From: an uncultured Pseudomonadota bacterium
GTDB taxonomy: Bacteria; Pseudomonadota; Alphaproteobacteria; Acetobacterales; Acetobacteraceae
NCBI GenBank assembly: GCA_963777625.1
Contig: CAVZRO010000033.1
Location: 46,235 to 110,234, forward strand
Direction of reading: 5' to 3'
DNA: 64,000 nt
Within the stretch, counting starts at the first letter, position 1. Each line of letters begins with the position of its first letter. The notes under the pieces were generated by a model, which was not told where the DNA came from, ran no database searches, and saw only the letters and a list, made by a program, of their open reading frames with translations. Positions 41,871-51,541 of this stretch are shown in pieces. The translations under genes were made by a program, and so were the position numbers.

Positions 41871-43538
41871 ATGAACCGCCTCGACAACATGCGCACCGTG
41901 CGCGCGGCGCGCGGCACCGAGCTGACAGCCAGGACATGGTTGACCGAGGCGCCGTTGCGCATGCTGATGAACAACCTCGATCCCGATGTCGCCGAGCGCC
42001 CGGGCGAGCTTGTGGTGTATGGCGGCATCGGGCGGGCGGCACGCGATTGGGACAGCTTCGACCGCATCACGGCGACGTTGCGGCGACTGGAGCTGGACCA
42101 GACGTTGCTGGTGCAATCCGGCAAGCCTGTCGGCGTGTTCCAGACCCATCCCGATGCGCCGCGCGTGCTGATCGCCAATTCCAATCTGGTGCCGCATTGG
42201 GCAACGTGGAGCCATTTCAACGAGCTGGATCGCAAGGGGCTAATGATGTACGGCCAGATGACGGCCGGCTCCTGGATCTATATCGGCAGCCAGGGCATCG
42301 TTCAGGGCACTTATGAAACGTTCGCCGAGATCGGCCGCCAGCATTACGGGGGCAGCCTGTCCGGCCGCTGGATCCTGACCGCCGGGCTGGGCGGAATGGG
42401 CGGTGCACAACCGTTGGCCGCGAGCATGGCCGGCGCCTCGCTGCTGGCCATCGAATGCCAGCCGGGGCGCATCGAGATGCGGCTGAAGACCGGCTATCTC
42501 GACATCCAGGCCGACGATCTGGACGCCGCGCTGACGATCATCGAGCGATCCTGCAAGCAGCGTAAGCCGGTCTCGGTCGCGCTGCTGGGCAACGCCGCCG
42601 AGGTGCTGCCCGAACTGCTGCGCCGTGGTGTGCGCCCGGATGTGGTGACCGACCAGACGTCCTCGCACGATCCCGGTCACGGCTACCTGCCGAAGGGCTG
42701 GACCGTGGCGGAGTGGGACGCACGCAAGGACAGAGCTCCGCAGGATGTGGAGACGGCGGCGCGACGCTCGATTTCCGAGCATGTGCAGGCAATGGTTGCA
42801 TTTCACCGCATGGGCGTGCCCACGGTCGATTACGGCAACAACATCCGCCAGGTTGCCAAAGACGAAGGCGTGGCCGACGCGTTCGACTTTCCCGGTTTCG
42901 TGCCCGCCTATATCCGACCGTTGTTCTGTCGCGGCATCGGCCCGTTCCGATGGGCCGCGCTGTCCGGCGACCCCGAGGATATCTACCGCACCGACGCCAA
43001 GGTACGCGAGCTGCTGCCGGACGACACGCATCTGCACAACTGGCTCGACATGGCGCGCACGCGCATTCGGTTCCAGGGTTTGCCGGCGCGCATCTGCTGG
43101 GTTGGTCTGGGCGACCGGCACAGGATCGGTCTCGCTTTCAACGAAATGGTGGCGAAGGGGGAGCTGAAAGCGCCAGTGGTGATCGGTCGCGACCATCTGG
43201 ATTCCGGCTCGGTTGCTTCTCCAAACCGGGAAACGGAAGCGATGCGCGACGGCTCCGATGCCGTGGCGGACTGGCCGCTGCTGAATGCGCTGCTGAACTG
43301 TGCCAGCGGTGCGACCTGGGTGTCCGTGCACCAAGGTGGCGGCGTCGGCATGGGGTTCTCCCAGCATGCCGGCATGGTAATCGTGTGCGATGGCACCGAG
43401 GATGCGGCTCGGCGCATCGCCCGCGTGCTGTGGAACGACCCGGCAAGTGGCGTCATGCGCCACGCCGATGCCGGCTACGAGCTGGCGCTGGCCTGCGCCC
43501 GCGAACATCAGCTCGATCTTCCGGGCATACTGAGCTGA
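41871..43538 (+). CDS. hutU: urocanate hydratase
   Basis: 555 aa, ..[38 protein letters not shown].., highly characteristic. Confidence 0.92.
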   Translation: MNRLDNMRTVRAARGTELTARTWLTEAPLRMLMNNLDPDVAERPGELVVYGGIGRAARDWDSFDRITATLRRLELDQTLLVQSGKPVGVFQTHPDAPRVLIANSNLVPHWATWSHFNELDRKGLMMYGQMTAGSWIYIGSQGIVQGTYETFAEIGRQHYGGSLSGRWILTAGLGGMGGAQPLAASMAGASLLAIECQPGRIEMRLKTGYLDIQADDLDAALTIIERSCKQRKPVSVALLGNAAEVLPELLRRGVRPDVVTDQTSSHDPGHGYLPKGWTVAEWDARKDRAPQDVETAARRSISEHVQAMVAFHRMGVPTVDYGNNIRQVAKDEGVADAFDFPGFVPAYIRPLFCRGIGPFRWAALSGDPEDIYRTDAKVRELLPDDTHLHNWLDMARTRIRFQGLPARICWVGLGDRHRIGLAFNEMVAKGELKAPVVIGRDHLDSGSVASPNRETEAMRDGSDAVADWPLLNALLNCASGATWVSVHQGGGVGMGFSQHAGMVIVCDGTEDAARRIARVLWNDPASGVMRHADAGYELALACAREHQLDLPGILS

Positions 43539-43546
43539 CGCGCCGG

Positions 43547-44929
43547 ATGGCGGAAACCGTGCCGGGCCCTGGTCACCTGTTCCTGGAAACTGCGCTGCTA
43601 CCGTCCGGCTGGGCGCGCGACGTGCTGATCGGCTACGACGGTGCCGGCCTCATTACCAGCATTACGACAGACGCCGCACCACCGGCATCCGCGGAGCGTT
43701 TGCACGGCATAGCGCTACCGGGCGTGCCGAACCTGCACAGCCATGCGCCGCAGCGCGCGATCGCCGGACTGGGCGAACGGTCCGGCAGCGGGACAGATAG
43801 TTTCTGGAGTTGGCGCGAGGCCATGTATCGCGCCGTCGGCCGCACCGGGCCCGAGGAGCTGGAGGCCATCGCGACCCAGCTCTATATCGAGATGCTGCAG
43901 GCCGGCTATACCACGGTGGCAGAGTTTCATTACCTTCATCACGACAAAGACGGCCGGCCCTACGCCGATCCGGCGGAGATGAGCCATCGCCTGCTCGCGG
44001 CCGCTCGCACCGCGGGTATCCGGCTGACGCTGTTGCCGGTGCTCTACGTGACAGGCGGCTTCGGCGGTGCCGCTCCGGTGGCGGGGCAGCGCCGGTTCCT
44101 GCACGATCCGCCCGGCTTCCTGCGGCTGGTGCAGCAGCTTCGCGACAATGTAGCGGGTATGCCGGCAGTGACCGTGGGGGTGGCGCCGCATTCGCTGCGC
44201 GCCGTGCCATTGGATCTGCTGGTCGAACTTGCGGCTGCAACGCCAACCGGCCCAATCCATATCCACGTCGCGGAACAGCAGCGGGAGGTGGAGGAATGCC
44301 TTGCGCTTCATCGGCGCCGACCGGTGGAGCTGCTGTCGGGCACGGTCGCGCTCGATGAACGCTGGTGCCTGATTCACGCGACCCATATCGATATGGCGGA
44401 AACCAACGCGATCGCACGATCGGGTGCCGTCGTCGGTCTTTGTCCCACGACGGAAGCCAACCTGGGCGACGGGTTGTTTCCGGCGGAACCCTACGTGGCA
44501 GCAGGCGGTCGCTTTGGTGTCGGATCCGACAGCAATATCTCGGTCAGCCCGGTGGAGGAGCTGCGCTGGCTCGAATACGGGCAACGACTGTTCTCGCAAC
44601 GGCGCGCCGTGCTGGCCGGCGGCGCGCAGCGATCGGTCGGCCGCAGCCTGCTCGACACGGTGCTGGCCGGCGGCGCGCAGGCGTGCGGCGGTGGCGGCAC
44701 ACTGGCCGTGGGGCAGCCAGCGGATATCGTGCTGCTGGATACCGAACATCCGCTGCTCGCGGCGCGCGGCGGTGATGCGGTGCTGGATGCATGGGTGTTT
44801 GCCGGCAACGCGACGCTGGTGCGTCACGTGATCGTGGGCGGCCAGGTCGTGATCCGTGACCGGCATCACCGCAAACAGGATTTGACTGCCCGCAGCTTCA
44901 TCGAGACGCTTCATCGGTTGGCCGAGTGA
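43547..44929 (+). CDS. hutF: formimidoylglutamate deiminase
   Basis: From ATG 43547: ..GIALPGVPNLHSHAPQRAIAGLGER..DSFWSWREAMY.. amidohydrolase-superfamily HutF motifs. Upstream in-frame extension in the track ignored. Confidence 0.8.
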   Translation: MAETVPGPGHLFLETALLPSGWARDVLIGYDGAGLITSITTDAAPPASAERLHGIALPGVPNLHSHAPQRAIAGLGERSGSGTDSFWSWREAMYRAVGRTGPEELEAIATQLYIEMLQAGYTTVAEFHYLHHDKDGRPYADPAEMSHRLLAAARTAGIRLTLLPVLYVTGGFGGAAPVAGQRRFLHDPPGFLRLVQQLRDNVAGMPAVTVGVAPHSLRAVPLDLLVELAAATPTGPIHIHVAEQQREVEECLALHRRRPVELLSGTVALDERWCLIHATHIDMAETNAIARSGAVVGLCPTTEANLGDGLFPAEPYVAAGGRFGVGSDSNISVSPVEELRWLEYGQRLFSQRRAVLAGGAQRSVGRSLLDTVLAGGAQACGGGGTLAVGQPADIVLLDTEHPLLAARGGDAVLDAWVFAGNATLVRHVIVGGQVVIRDRHHRKQDLTARSFIETLHRLAE

Positions 44930-45519
44930 CGTCACTGGCGATCATTCGGCCATCGTCGCATCGGCACATGCGGTGGAAGAACGGCCAGGGCGAGACAGCG
45001 GAAATCGCCGTCGAGCCGAACGATACCGGTTTCCTGTGGCGGCTGAGCATCGCACATGTCACAAGCCCCGGTACGTTCTCGGCGTATCCGGGGATCGAAC
45101 GCTGGATCGCCGTGCTGGACGGGAACGGGATGCGACTGTCGATCGGCAACGCGGAGCCGCGCATCATGCGGGCGCTCGATCCGCCGGCCTGTTTCGCCGG
45201 CGAGGCGGACACGAGATGCGAGCTGCTGGACGGCGCGATCCACGACATCAACCTGATGCTCGACCGCCGCCATGTGGCGGGACGCATGTTCGTGCTGACC
45301 GGCCATGGCGAGCGTCGGCTGGATGGCGGGATGGTGCTGCTATACGCGGCGACAAAAGGCGTTGCGGTTTCGCCCGGTGTTGCGGACTGGGTTGAACTGG
45401 CCGTTGGAGAGACAGCAATGCTCGGCGCGGCTGGCGGCGTGAGCGTGCTGGAAGCCGGGGCCACCGCCATCGTCGCGCGGATCGAGCGGCAACTCGGCCC
45501 GCCGGGTCGTCTCGGTTGA
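44926..45519 (+). CDS. hutD: HutD-family protein
   Basis: ..MRWKNGQGETAEIAV..; 197 aa. GTG overlaps the hutF TGA (GTGA). Confidence 0.75.
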   Translation: MTSLAIIRPSSHRHMRWKNGQGETAEIAVEPNDTGFLWRLSIAHVTSPGTFSAYPGIERWIAVLDGNGMRLSIGNAEPRIMRALDPPACFAGEADTRCELLDGAIHDINLMLDRRHVAGRMFVLTGHGERRLDGGMVLLYAATKGVAVSPGVADWVELAVGETAMLGAAGGVSVLEAGATAIVARIERQLGPPGRLG

Positions 45520-45550
45520 ACCGGTGCGAGACGCTGGTCAATAGCGACGC

Positions 45551-46795
45551 TTAGGCTGTCGATCGGACCGCGATCAGTGCCAGTGTGCGTGCCATTTCGT
45601 TGGCTTCGATCATCACGCCTTCATCGCCGCCGAACCCAGGCTTCGACAAAAGAAAGTCGGCCCGGCAGGCGAGCGCAACCTGGGCCGACACGCGGGCGGA
45701 CTGGTCGGTCTCATTCCCGCTGCCGCCGACATAGCTGCCGATGCCGGCCTTGCGGCAATACAGGATCGCCTCGATCGTGTTGCTGATGCCGCCGAGGTCC
45801 GGCGTCTTGACCTGGGCGTAATCGGTCGCGCCGGCATCGGCAAACTCCTTTATGTCCTCCAGCGTGTTGCACCATTCGTCCGCGATGATCGCCACCGCGT
45901 GGCCGGCCTGTGCGAGCGCCGCCCGCAACGCCTGGAATGCCGCGATCTGCGCATCCTTCGATGCCGCCAGGACCGGTGTTTCCACCAGCAGATCGAGCGG
46001 TGCCACCGCGGCCTTCAACGCTCCGAGATAGTCCACGATGGAGGGAACATTCATTCCGAACAGGTCACCGATCGTTCCATATACGTCGAGATGAATGCGG
46101 GGCGCGTAGCCATCACCACCAAGCTCCCGTACCCGGCGAGCAAGATGTCGGCCGTACTCCAGCAGCTTGCCGCCGTCGCCGCCGAGATCACGTTCCGCGA
46201 TATGAAACGACGCATGCGGCAGAAGCTCCGGCCGCTTCATGATCATGCGGTCGATCTGGTCGTAGTCGTGCGTGAGGCACGAGGCCAGCAGGGGTATCGG
46301 ATCCGTCGATACGGCGCAGCCATACTCGGCAGCGATCACCTCCGCCATCGTGACGCGGTTGGCGAGCGCCGTCGCGTGCAGGAGCGCCTGGCTGAGGCCG
46401 TATCGAACCGCGGTGTGCAGCGGCTTCCCATCGTGCCGGTATTGCTCGATCTCCTCGGCCAGCGGACGGAGGCAGTCGACCCGGCGTCCTTGCAGAAGCT
46501 CGCGGATCGTCGTCCGCAGCACAGGTACATGTTCAGAGGCGCGAAAAACCGGATCGCGGCCGGCGATACCGGCAAGGATGACATCGACACAATCGCCGAA
46601 CGCGACCTGTCCATCCTCCAGGATCAGCATGACGGAAACGGCTTCACCGGGCTGAATGATGCGGGTGAACCCGGAACTCACTGGGTCCCCGAGATAAGCG
46701 AACCCATCGGCTTTCGCGCCGCGCCTGATCGCCATCAGGTCCTTGTTGAAATAGCCGGAGCGCACCGGTGCGCACACCAGATCACGGACGATCAC
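45551..46795 (-). CDS. methylaspartate ammonia-lyase family (enolase superfamily) protein
   Basis: ..LEDGQVAFGDC..LHTAVRYGLSQALL..VTMAEVI..HLDVYGTIG..ADEWCNTLEDI..QVKTPDLGG..GNETD.. aligns along its whole length with my recollection of clostridial MAL. Start set at GTG 46795, preceded by GGGAGG. Confidence 0.8.
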   Translation of the reverse strand: MIVRDLVCAPVRSGYFNKDLMAIRRGAKADGFAYLGDPVSSGFTRIIQPGEAVSVMLILEDGQVAFGDCVDVILAGIAGRDPVFRASEHVPVLRTTIRELLQGRRVDCLRPLAEEIEQYRHDGKPLHTAVRYGLSQALLHATALANRVTMAEVIAAEYGCAVSTDPIPLLASCLTHDYDQIDRMIMKRPELLPHASFHIAERDLGGDGGKLLEYGRHLARRVRELGGDGYAPRIHLDVYGTIGDLFGMNVPSIVDYLGALKAAVAPLDLLVETPVLAASKDAQIAAFQALRAALAQAGHAVAIIADEWCNTLEDIKEFADAGATDYAQVKTPDLGGISNTIEAILYCRKAGIGSYVGGSGNETDQSARVSAQVALACRADFLLSKPGFGGDEGVMIEANEMARTLALIAVRSTA

Positions 46796-46838
46796 ATGCG
46801 CCTCCCATTGTTCCAACGTCGCGGGCAAGATAGAAAAA

Positions 46839-46850
46839 TGTATAGGCAAA
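46839..46850. promoter_or_regulatory. second exact copy of TGTATAGGCAAA in a divergent promoter
   Basis: Read directly. Centred in the 101-bp spacer between the MAL-like gene (start 46795) and PrpD-family copy 2 (start 46897). Confidence 0.4.
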
Positions 46851-46896
46851 TACCTGGCAGGCGGTCAAACCCGCCGTCGTGTGGAGGAAAACACCC

Positions 46897-48267
46897 ATGA
46901 GCGTAACGCGCAGATTGGCGGAGTGGGCCGCGGGCTGGGACGGCAGCGCGTCAGAGACTGGCCGCCGCTGGGCGCGGGACGCCATATACGACACCATCGC
47001 CTGCATGATCGCCGGATCCGGCGACGAGGGTGCGAGCCGGGTGCGCACAGTCGTCTCGGGCTGGGGAAGCGGGCCGGCAACAATCGTCGGATCCACCTAT
47101 CCCGCTCCAGCGCCCTGGGCGGCACTCGCCAACGGCGCCGCGGCGCATGCGCTCGATTACGACGACAACATCCATTACGCCATGACACATCCATCCGCGG
47201 TGATCCTGCCGGCGTTGCTGGCGTTGGCCGAAGAAACCAACGCGAGCGGTCGCGACGTGATTACCGCGTGGCTGGTCGGGATTGAGATCCAGGTCGCCGT
47301 CGGTCATGGCGTGAACCGGCTGCATTACGACAATGGCTGGCACTCCACGTCCACTGTCGGGACCATCGGCGCCGCTGCGGCCTGTGCACGGCTGCTCCGG
47401 CTAAACGAAACGACGATGGTCAATGCCATCAGCCTCGGGGTGAGTATGGCATCCGGTACAAAAGTGCAATTCGGTACCATGGCAAAGCCGTTCCATGCCG
47501 GCATGGCAGCCAAGAACGCCGTCATGGCGGCACGATTTGCCGAAGGCGGCCTGACCGCCGCATCGGAACCGCTGGATGCCGAATACGGATTCCGTAGCCT
47601 TTACGTCGGCCCGGACTCGCGTGGCTGGGATGGTGTGCTCGACGATCTCGGCAATCCACTGGCAGCCGAGAAGTACGGGCTGGAACCAAAATGCTACCCG
47701 TGTTGCGCCGGCGCGCATCGCGCACTGGACGGACTGCTGGAATTGCAGGCGGAGCACCGGTTCCGCGCCGAAGACGTGGTCGAGATCGTCACCCTGGTGG
47801 GCTGGGGCAATGCCAGCAGCTTGTTGTATCCGGATCCCGTGCAGGAGATGGAAGCGCGCTTCAGCATGCAGTATTGCATCGCCGCCGCGTTGCTGAACGG
47901 GCATCTGCGACTGTCTGACTTCACGTTGGCAGCCATCCACCGGCCGGAGGTGCGCCGGCTGTTTCCGCTGATTCACATGACGACGCACCCGCGTACGGAT
48001 GCGGAAGCGCCGGCTGCCCGCAAGCCGGCGGAGATCACCGTGCGACTGAAGGACGGGCGGACGCTGCACGCCAGCGTTCAGCACGCGCGCGGGACGATGT
48101 TCCGGCCGTTCGGATGGGCAGAGCTGGAGAAGAAATTCCGCGACTGCGCGGCAGGGCTGATGCCGCCAGCAGCGTATGCCGCAGTGGGCGAGCAGCTCGC
48201 GGACTTCGAGCACCTGCCAGGTATCCGGGAGGCTGATGCGGCAATTGCGGTTCGATGCCGGATGTGA
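46897..48267 (+). CDS. MmgE/PrpD-family protein (copy 2)
   Basis: MSVTRRLAEWAAGW..DAIYDTIACMIAG..ALANGAAAHALDYDD; GGAGGA upstream of ATG 46897. Confidence 0.85.
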   Translation: MSVTRRLAEWAAGWDGSASETGRRWARDAIYDTIACMIAGSGDEGASRVRTVVSGWGSGPATIVGSTYPAPAPWAALANGAAAHALDYDDNIHYAMTHPSAVILPALLALAEETNASGRDVITAWLVGIEIQVAVGHGVNRLHYDNGWHSTSTVGTIGAAAACARLLRLNETTMVNAISLGVSMASGTKVQFGTMAKPFHAGMAAKNAVMAARFAEGGLTAASEPLDAEYGFRSLYVGPDSRGWDGVLDDLGNPLAAEKYGLEPKCYPCCAGAHRALDGLLELQAEHRFRAEDVVEIVTLVGWGNASSLLYPDPVQEMEARFSMQYCIAAALLNGHLRLSDFTLAAIHRPEVRRLFPLIHMTTHPRTDAEAPAARKPAEITVRLKDGRTLHASVQHARGTMFRPFGWAELEKKFRDCAAGLMPPAAYAAVGEQLADFEHLPGIREADAAIAVRCRM

Positions 48268-49184
48268 CCGTGGGGAACGGTTCGCGCGTCGGCCCTACGC
48301 CATCGGTCCCGGGTGACGTGCGCTCGAGGATCTATCCCTTGAGTTCCTGTCAGCGCCATATTCTCGATGATCCGGCGCCGTAGCAGCAGGAACACGATCA
48401 GCATCGGCAGCGTGCTCAACGTGGAACCGGCCATCAGCTTGCCGTAATCGGCGCTGAAGCGGAACTGGAAGGCGGTCAGCCCGACCTCCATGTTGAACAG
48501 CAACTGGTTGTTCGCCACCAGCAGCACCCAGATGAACGCGCCCCATGCCTGGATGAAGGCGAAGATGCCCACCGCGCTCATCGCATTACCCGACAGCGGC
48601 ACCAGCACACGCCGGAACGTCCACCATTCGGATGCGCCATCGACCCGCGCCGCTTCCATCAGCTCGTCGGGAATGGCCGAGGCGACGTGCTGGCGCATGA
48701 GGAAGATGCCGAAGCTCATCACCAGCGTGGGCAGTATGATCGCCTGGTAGGTGTTGATCCAGTGCATGCGCACCAGCTCGATATAGAGCGGGATCATGTA
48801 GGCTTCGAACGGCACGATCGCGGTCGCCAGGACCAGCATGAACAGCGCCGACCGTCCCGGGAACCGGTATTTGGCAAACACCGCGCCGGCGATCATGGAG
48901 GTGATCACGCAACTGACCGTGGAAACAAGTGCGATGAACATGCTGTTGCCGAAGAAGCGCAGGAACGGCGCCGCCTGGAATAACCCGGTGTAGTTCGACA
49001 GAGTCGGCACCTTAGGCAGCAGATGCGGCGGCCAGACCGCGATCTCGCCCGGCAGCTTGAAGGATGTCGCCAGCATCCACAGCATCGGCAGCAGCATGAA
49101 GATCGCGCCCAGGCTCAGCACGACATGGATCAGAACCGCTCCGATCCGCACGCGGGGGCGCCGCCGTCCCTGGCCGGGTCTCAT
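48078..49184 (-). CDS. carbohydrate ABC permease (MalG/UgpE-like) with an apparent 1-nt insertion near 48344 that abolishes the normal stop
   Basis: The sequence is a normal permease up to ..LLRRRIIENMALTG. The literal frame then runs about 85 extra codons into the convergent PrpD gene. Removing one A gives ..ALTGLKG* with a stop at 48332. Confidence 0.8.
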   Translation of the reverse strand: MRPGQGRRRPRVRIGAVLIHVVLSLGAIFMLLPMLWMLATSFKLPGEIAVWPPHLLPKVPTLSNYTGLFQAAPFLRFFGNSMFIALVSTVSCVITSMIAGAVFAKYRFPGRSALFMLVLATAIVPFEAYMIPLYIELVRMHWINTYQAIILPTLVMSFGIFLMRQHVASAIPDELMEAARVDGASEWWTFRRVLVPLSGNAMSAVGIFAFIQAWGAFIWVLLVANNQLLFNMEVGLTAFQFRFSADYGKLMAGSTLSTLPMLIVFLLLRRRIIENMALTGTQGIDPRAHVTRDRWRRADARTVPHGHIRHRTAIAASASRIPGRCSKSASCSPTAAYAAGGISPAAQSRNFFSSSAHPNGRNIVPRAC

Positions 49185-50074
49185 GTCGTCTCGCGATCAC
49201 GAAAGGCACGGAACTGGATCAACGTCACCCCCAGAACGATGAACGTCAACGTCACGGCCTCGGCTGATGCATAGCCCATCCGGAAATACTGGAACGCATT
49301 CTGATAGATGTCATACACCAGCACACGCACCGCCTGTCCTGGCGCCGCCTGTGACCCGAGCGTCATGACGTATACCTGCGTGAATACGGTGTAGGAGTTG
49401 ATGGTCGCGGTCACCAGCACGTACAGCAGGATCGGCCGCAGCAGCGGCAGGGTCACGCGCCAGAATTTCTGCACCTCGGTCGCGCCGTCCAGGCTGGCCG
49501 CTTCCAGGTAGGACCCAGGGATGTTGCGGATGCCGACCAGGAAGATCACCAGGTTGTACCCCAGCACCTTCCATACGCCCATGATGATCAGCGCCCACAG
49601 CGCGATATGCACATCGGTCAGCCAGGCAACGGGCGGGATGCCGACCAGCGACAGCACGTAGTTCAGGATGCCGTAATTGTAGTCGTAGATCCATTTCCAG
49701 GCGATCGCCATCGGCACCATCGGCGTGATCACCGGCAGGAAGTAGATGGTCTGGTAGACCGCCGATGCCCGCCCCCGTCGCGCCAGCAGCACCGCCAATG
49801 GCAAGGCGATCGCGGTGCTCAGCAGCACGGTCGCCACTGAATAGACGGTGGTGTTCCAGATCGCGATATGGAAATTGTCGTCGCCGAACATCCGCACGTA
49901 ATTGGCGAGGCCGACGAAGGGCCGGACGTGGGAAATCAGCCGCCAGTCATAGAAACTGAGCTGCACGCTGCGGCCGATCGGCACGATGCGCACGTAAGCG
50001 TAGATCGCCATGACCGGGAGCAGCATGGCGTAGCACCACACCCACATCCGCGTGCGTCGGCCGATCAGCGTCAT
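49181..50074 (-). CDS. carbohydrate ABC permease (MalF/UgpA-like)
   Basis: 297 aa; ..EAASLDGATEVQKFWRVTLPLL.. EAA loop; ATGA overlap with the next gene. Confidence 0.85.
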   Translation of the reverse strand: MTLIGRRTRMWVWCYAMLLPVMAIYAYVRIVPIGRSVQLSFYDWRLISHVRPFVGLANYVRMFGDDNFHIAIWNTTVYSVATVLLSTAIALPLAVLLARRGRASAVYQTIYFLPVITPMVPMAIAWKWIYDYNYGILNYVLSLVGIPPVAWLTDVHIALWALIIMGVWKVLGYNLVIFLVGIRNIPGSYLEAASLDGATEVQKFWRVTLPLLRPILLYVLVTATINSYTVFTQVYVMTLGSQAAPGQAVRVLVYDIYQNAFQYFRMGYASAEAVTLTFIVLGVTLIQFRAFRDRETT

Positions 50075-50080
50075 GGCGGC

Positions 50081-51388
50081 TCAGCCGTACAGGTTCGCGT
50101 CCTTCAGTATCTTGTCGGTCTGCTGCGCCATGTCATGAACCCGCGCAGCTATCGCCTGCGGATTTCCTTTAAGCGACGGATCGACATACGCCTCGCTCAG
50201 CCGATCGGCCAGCCGGCTTTCGACCTCATCGAACGCCGTCAGGACCGGTTCGACATAGTATTTCACGTCGGGCGGCGGCGACACGAAAGCTTCGAACTGC
50301 GGGATCTTTTCGATCAGCGGCTTCCAGTCGATGTCCTTGCGCGGCGACAGCCATCCGGTCATCTCGGTCAGCCGCAGCCCGTTCTGGGCGTTGGTGAGGA
50401 ACTTCACGAAATCCCAGGCGGCCGCCTTGTTCTGGCTCTGGCCATTCACATAGACGCCCCACGGCTGCAGCAGCATCATGCGCGGCATGCCGGCCTTCCA
50501 GGCAGGAATGGGTGCCACACCATACTGCAGCTTCGGGTTCTTCGATTGGATCTCGCCGATCACCCAGGACTCGCGGAATAGCATCGCCGTTGCGCCAGAG
50601 GCGAAGGCGTCCGCGTCGTGCGGCACCTTGGGGTCATCGATGTGCCAGGTCTGCACGGCATCGACGTAGAAGGTCAGCGCGTCGCGGCCGGCCTGGTTGT
50701 CGTATCCGTTATGCCATTTGCCGGCCGGCGTCTTGTCGATCAGCGAACCGCCGGCCGCTTCCAGCACATAGCGGAACTTCTCGCCGATGCCGCTGCCTTG
50801 GCCAGAGAGGCGCAGGCTGATGCCGCTGCGTGTCATGCGCCCCTGGCTGTCGAACTTCACCAGCTTCTTGGCGTCCTCGATCAATTCGGGGAAGGTGGCG
50901 GGCGGGCCGGACAGGCCGGCTTCCTGGAAATAGGTCTTGTTCCAGTACATGCAGGCGCGGCTGCCTTCCAGGAACGGCAGCCCGTATGTCTTGCCATTGA
51001 GCGTAAAGAAATCGACGATGGACGAATCCCACGCACCCGATTTCAGATAAGCGTCGATATCCGGCGGGTTGGGGTCGATCAGGCCGTTATCGATGAAATT
51101 GACACTGATATTGGTGCCGATGTCGTATACGTCCGGCCCAGTGCCGGTCGGCACCGCCGCGGTCAGCTTCTGTTCCGCCTCTCGTAAGGATGTGCTGAAG
51201 AAATCGAAGCTGACGCCGGGATGGGCCTTGGCGTAATCCGCGCCGACCGCCTGATAGAGCGGCTGAATCTCCGGATAGCCCGTCCATACCGTCAACTTCG
51301 TGTCGGCACGCGCCGTCCGGGTACCGGCGACCGCCGCCGCGCCCGCCAGCGCCAAAGCCTCTCGCCGGCCCAACCTGGTTCCTGACAT
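50081..51388 (-). CDS. carbohydrate ABC substrate-binding protein (family 1) with Tat-like signal
   Basis: From ATG 51388: MSGTRLGRREALALAGAAAVAG..KLTVWTGYPE. Confidence 0.8.
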   Translation of the reverse strand: MSGTRLGRREALALAGAAAVAGTRTARADTKLTVWTGYPEIQPLYQAVGADYAKAHPGVSFDFFSTSLREAEQKLTAAVPTGTGPDVYDIGTNISVNFIDNGLIDPNPPDIDAYLKSGAWDSSIVDFFTLNGKTYGLPFLEGSRACMYWNKTYFQEAGLSGPPATFPELIEDAKKLVKFDSQGRMTRSGISLRLSGQGSGIGEKFRYVLEAAGGSLIDKTPAGKWHNGYDNQAGRDALTFYVDAVQTWHIDDPKVPHDADAFASGATAMLFRESWVIGEIQSKNPKLQYGVAPIPAWKAGMPRMMLLQPWGVYVNGQSQNKAAAWDFVKFLTNAQNGLRLTEMTGWLSPRKDIDWKPLIEKIPQFEAFVSPPPDVKYYVEPVLTAFDEVESRLADRLSEAYVDPSLKGNPQAIAARVHDMAQQTDKILKDANLYG

Positions 51389-51501
51389 GATCGACCCCCC
51401 TCGCCCTTCTTCGTTCTGGGTCAAGCTTCCCACGCGCTCCCCCGCGGTGTCTAGAACGACTGATTGAGGTCGCCCCTGTTGCCGCCTTAGTCTCGGCTTT
51501 A

Positions 51502-51520
51502 CCGGGCTGAATCAGCCCGG
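51502..51520. promoter_or_regulatory. 19-bp perfect palindrome CCGGGCTGA-A-TCAGCCCGG
   Basis: Read directly. Lies in the divergent intergenic region 22 nt upstream of the DegP ATG and is followed by CCTGGCTTTTGGGGGG. Confidence 0.3.
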
Positions 51521-51541
51521 CCTGGCTTTTGGGGGGCAACA

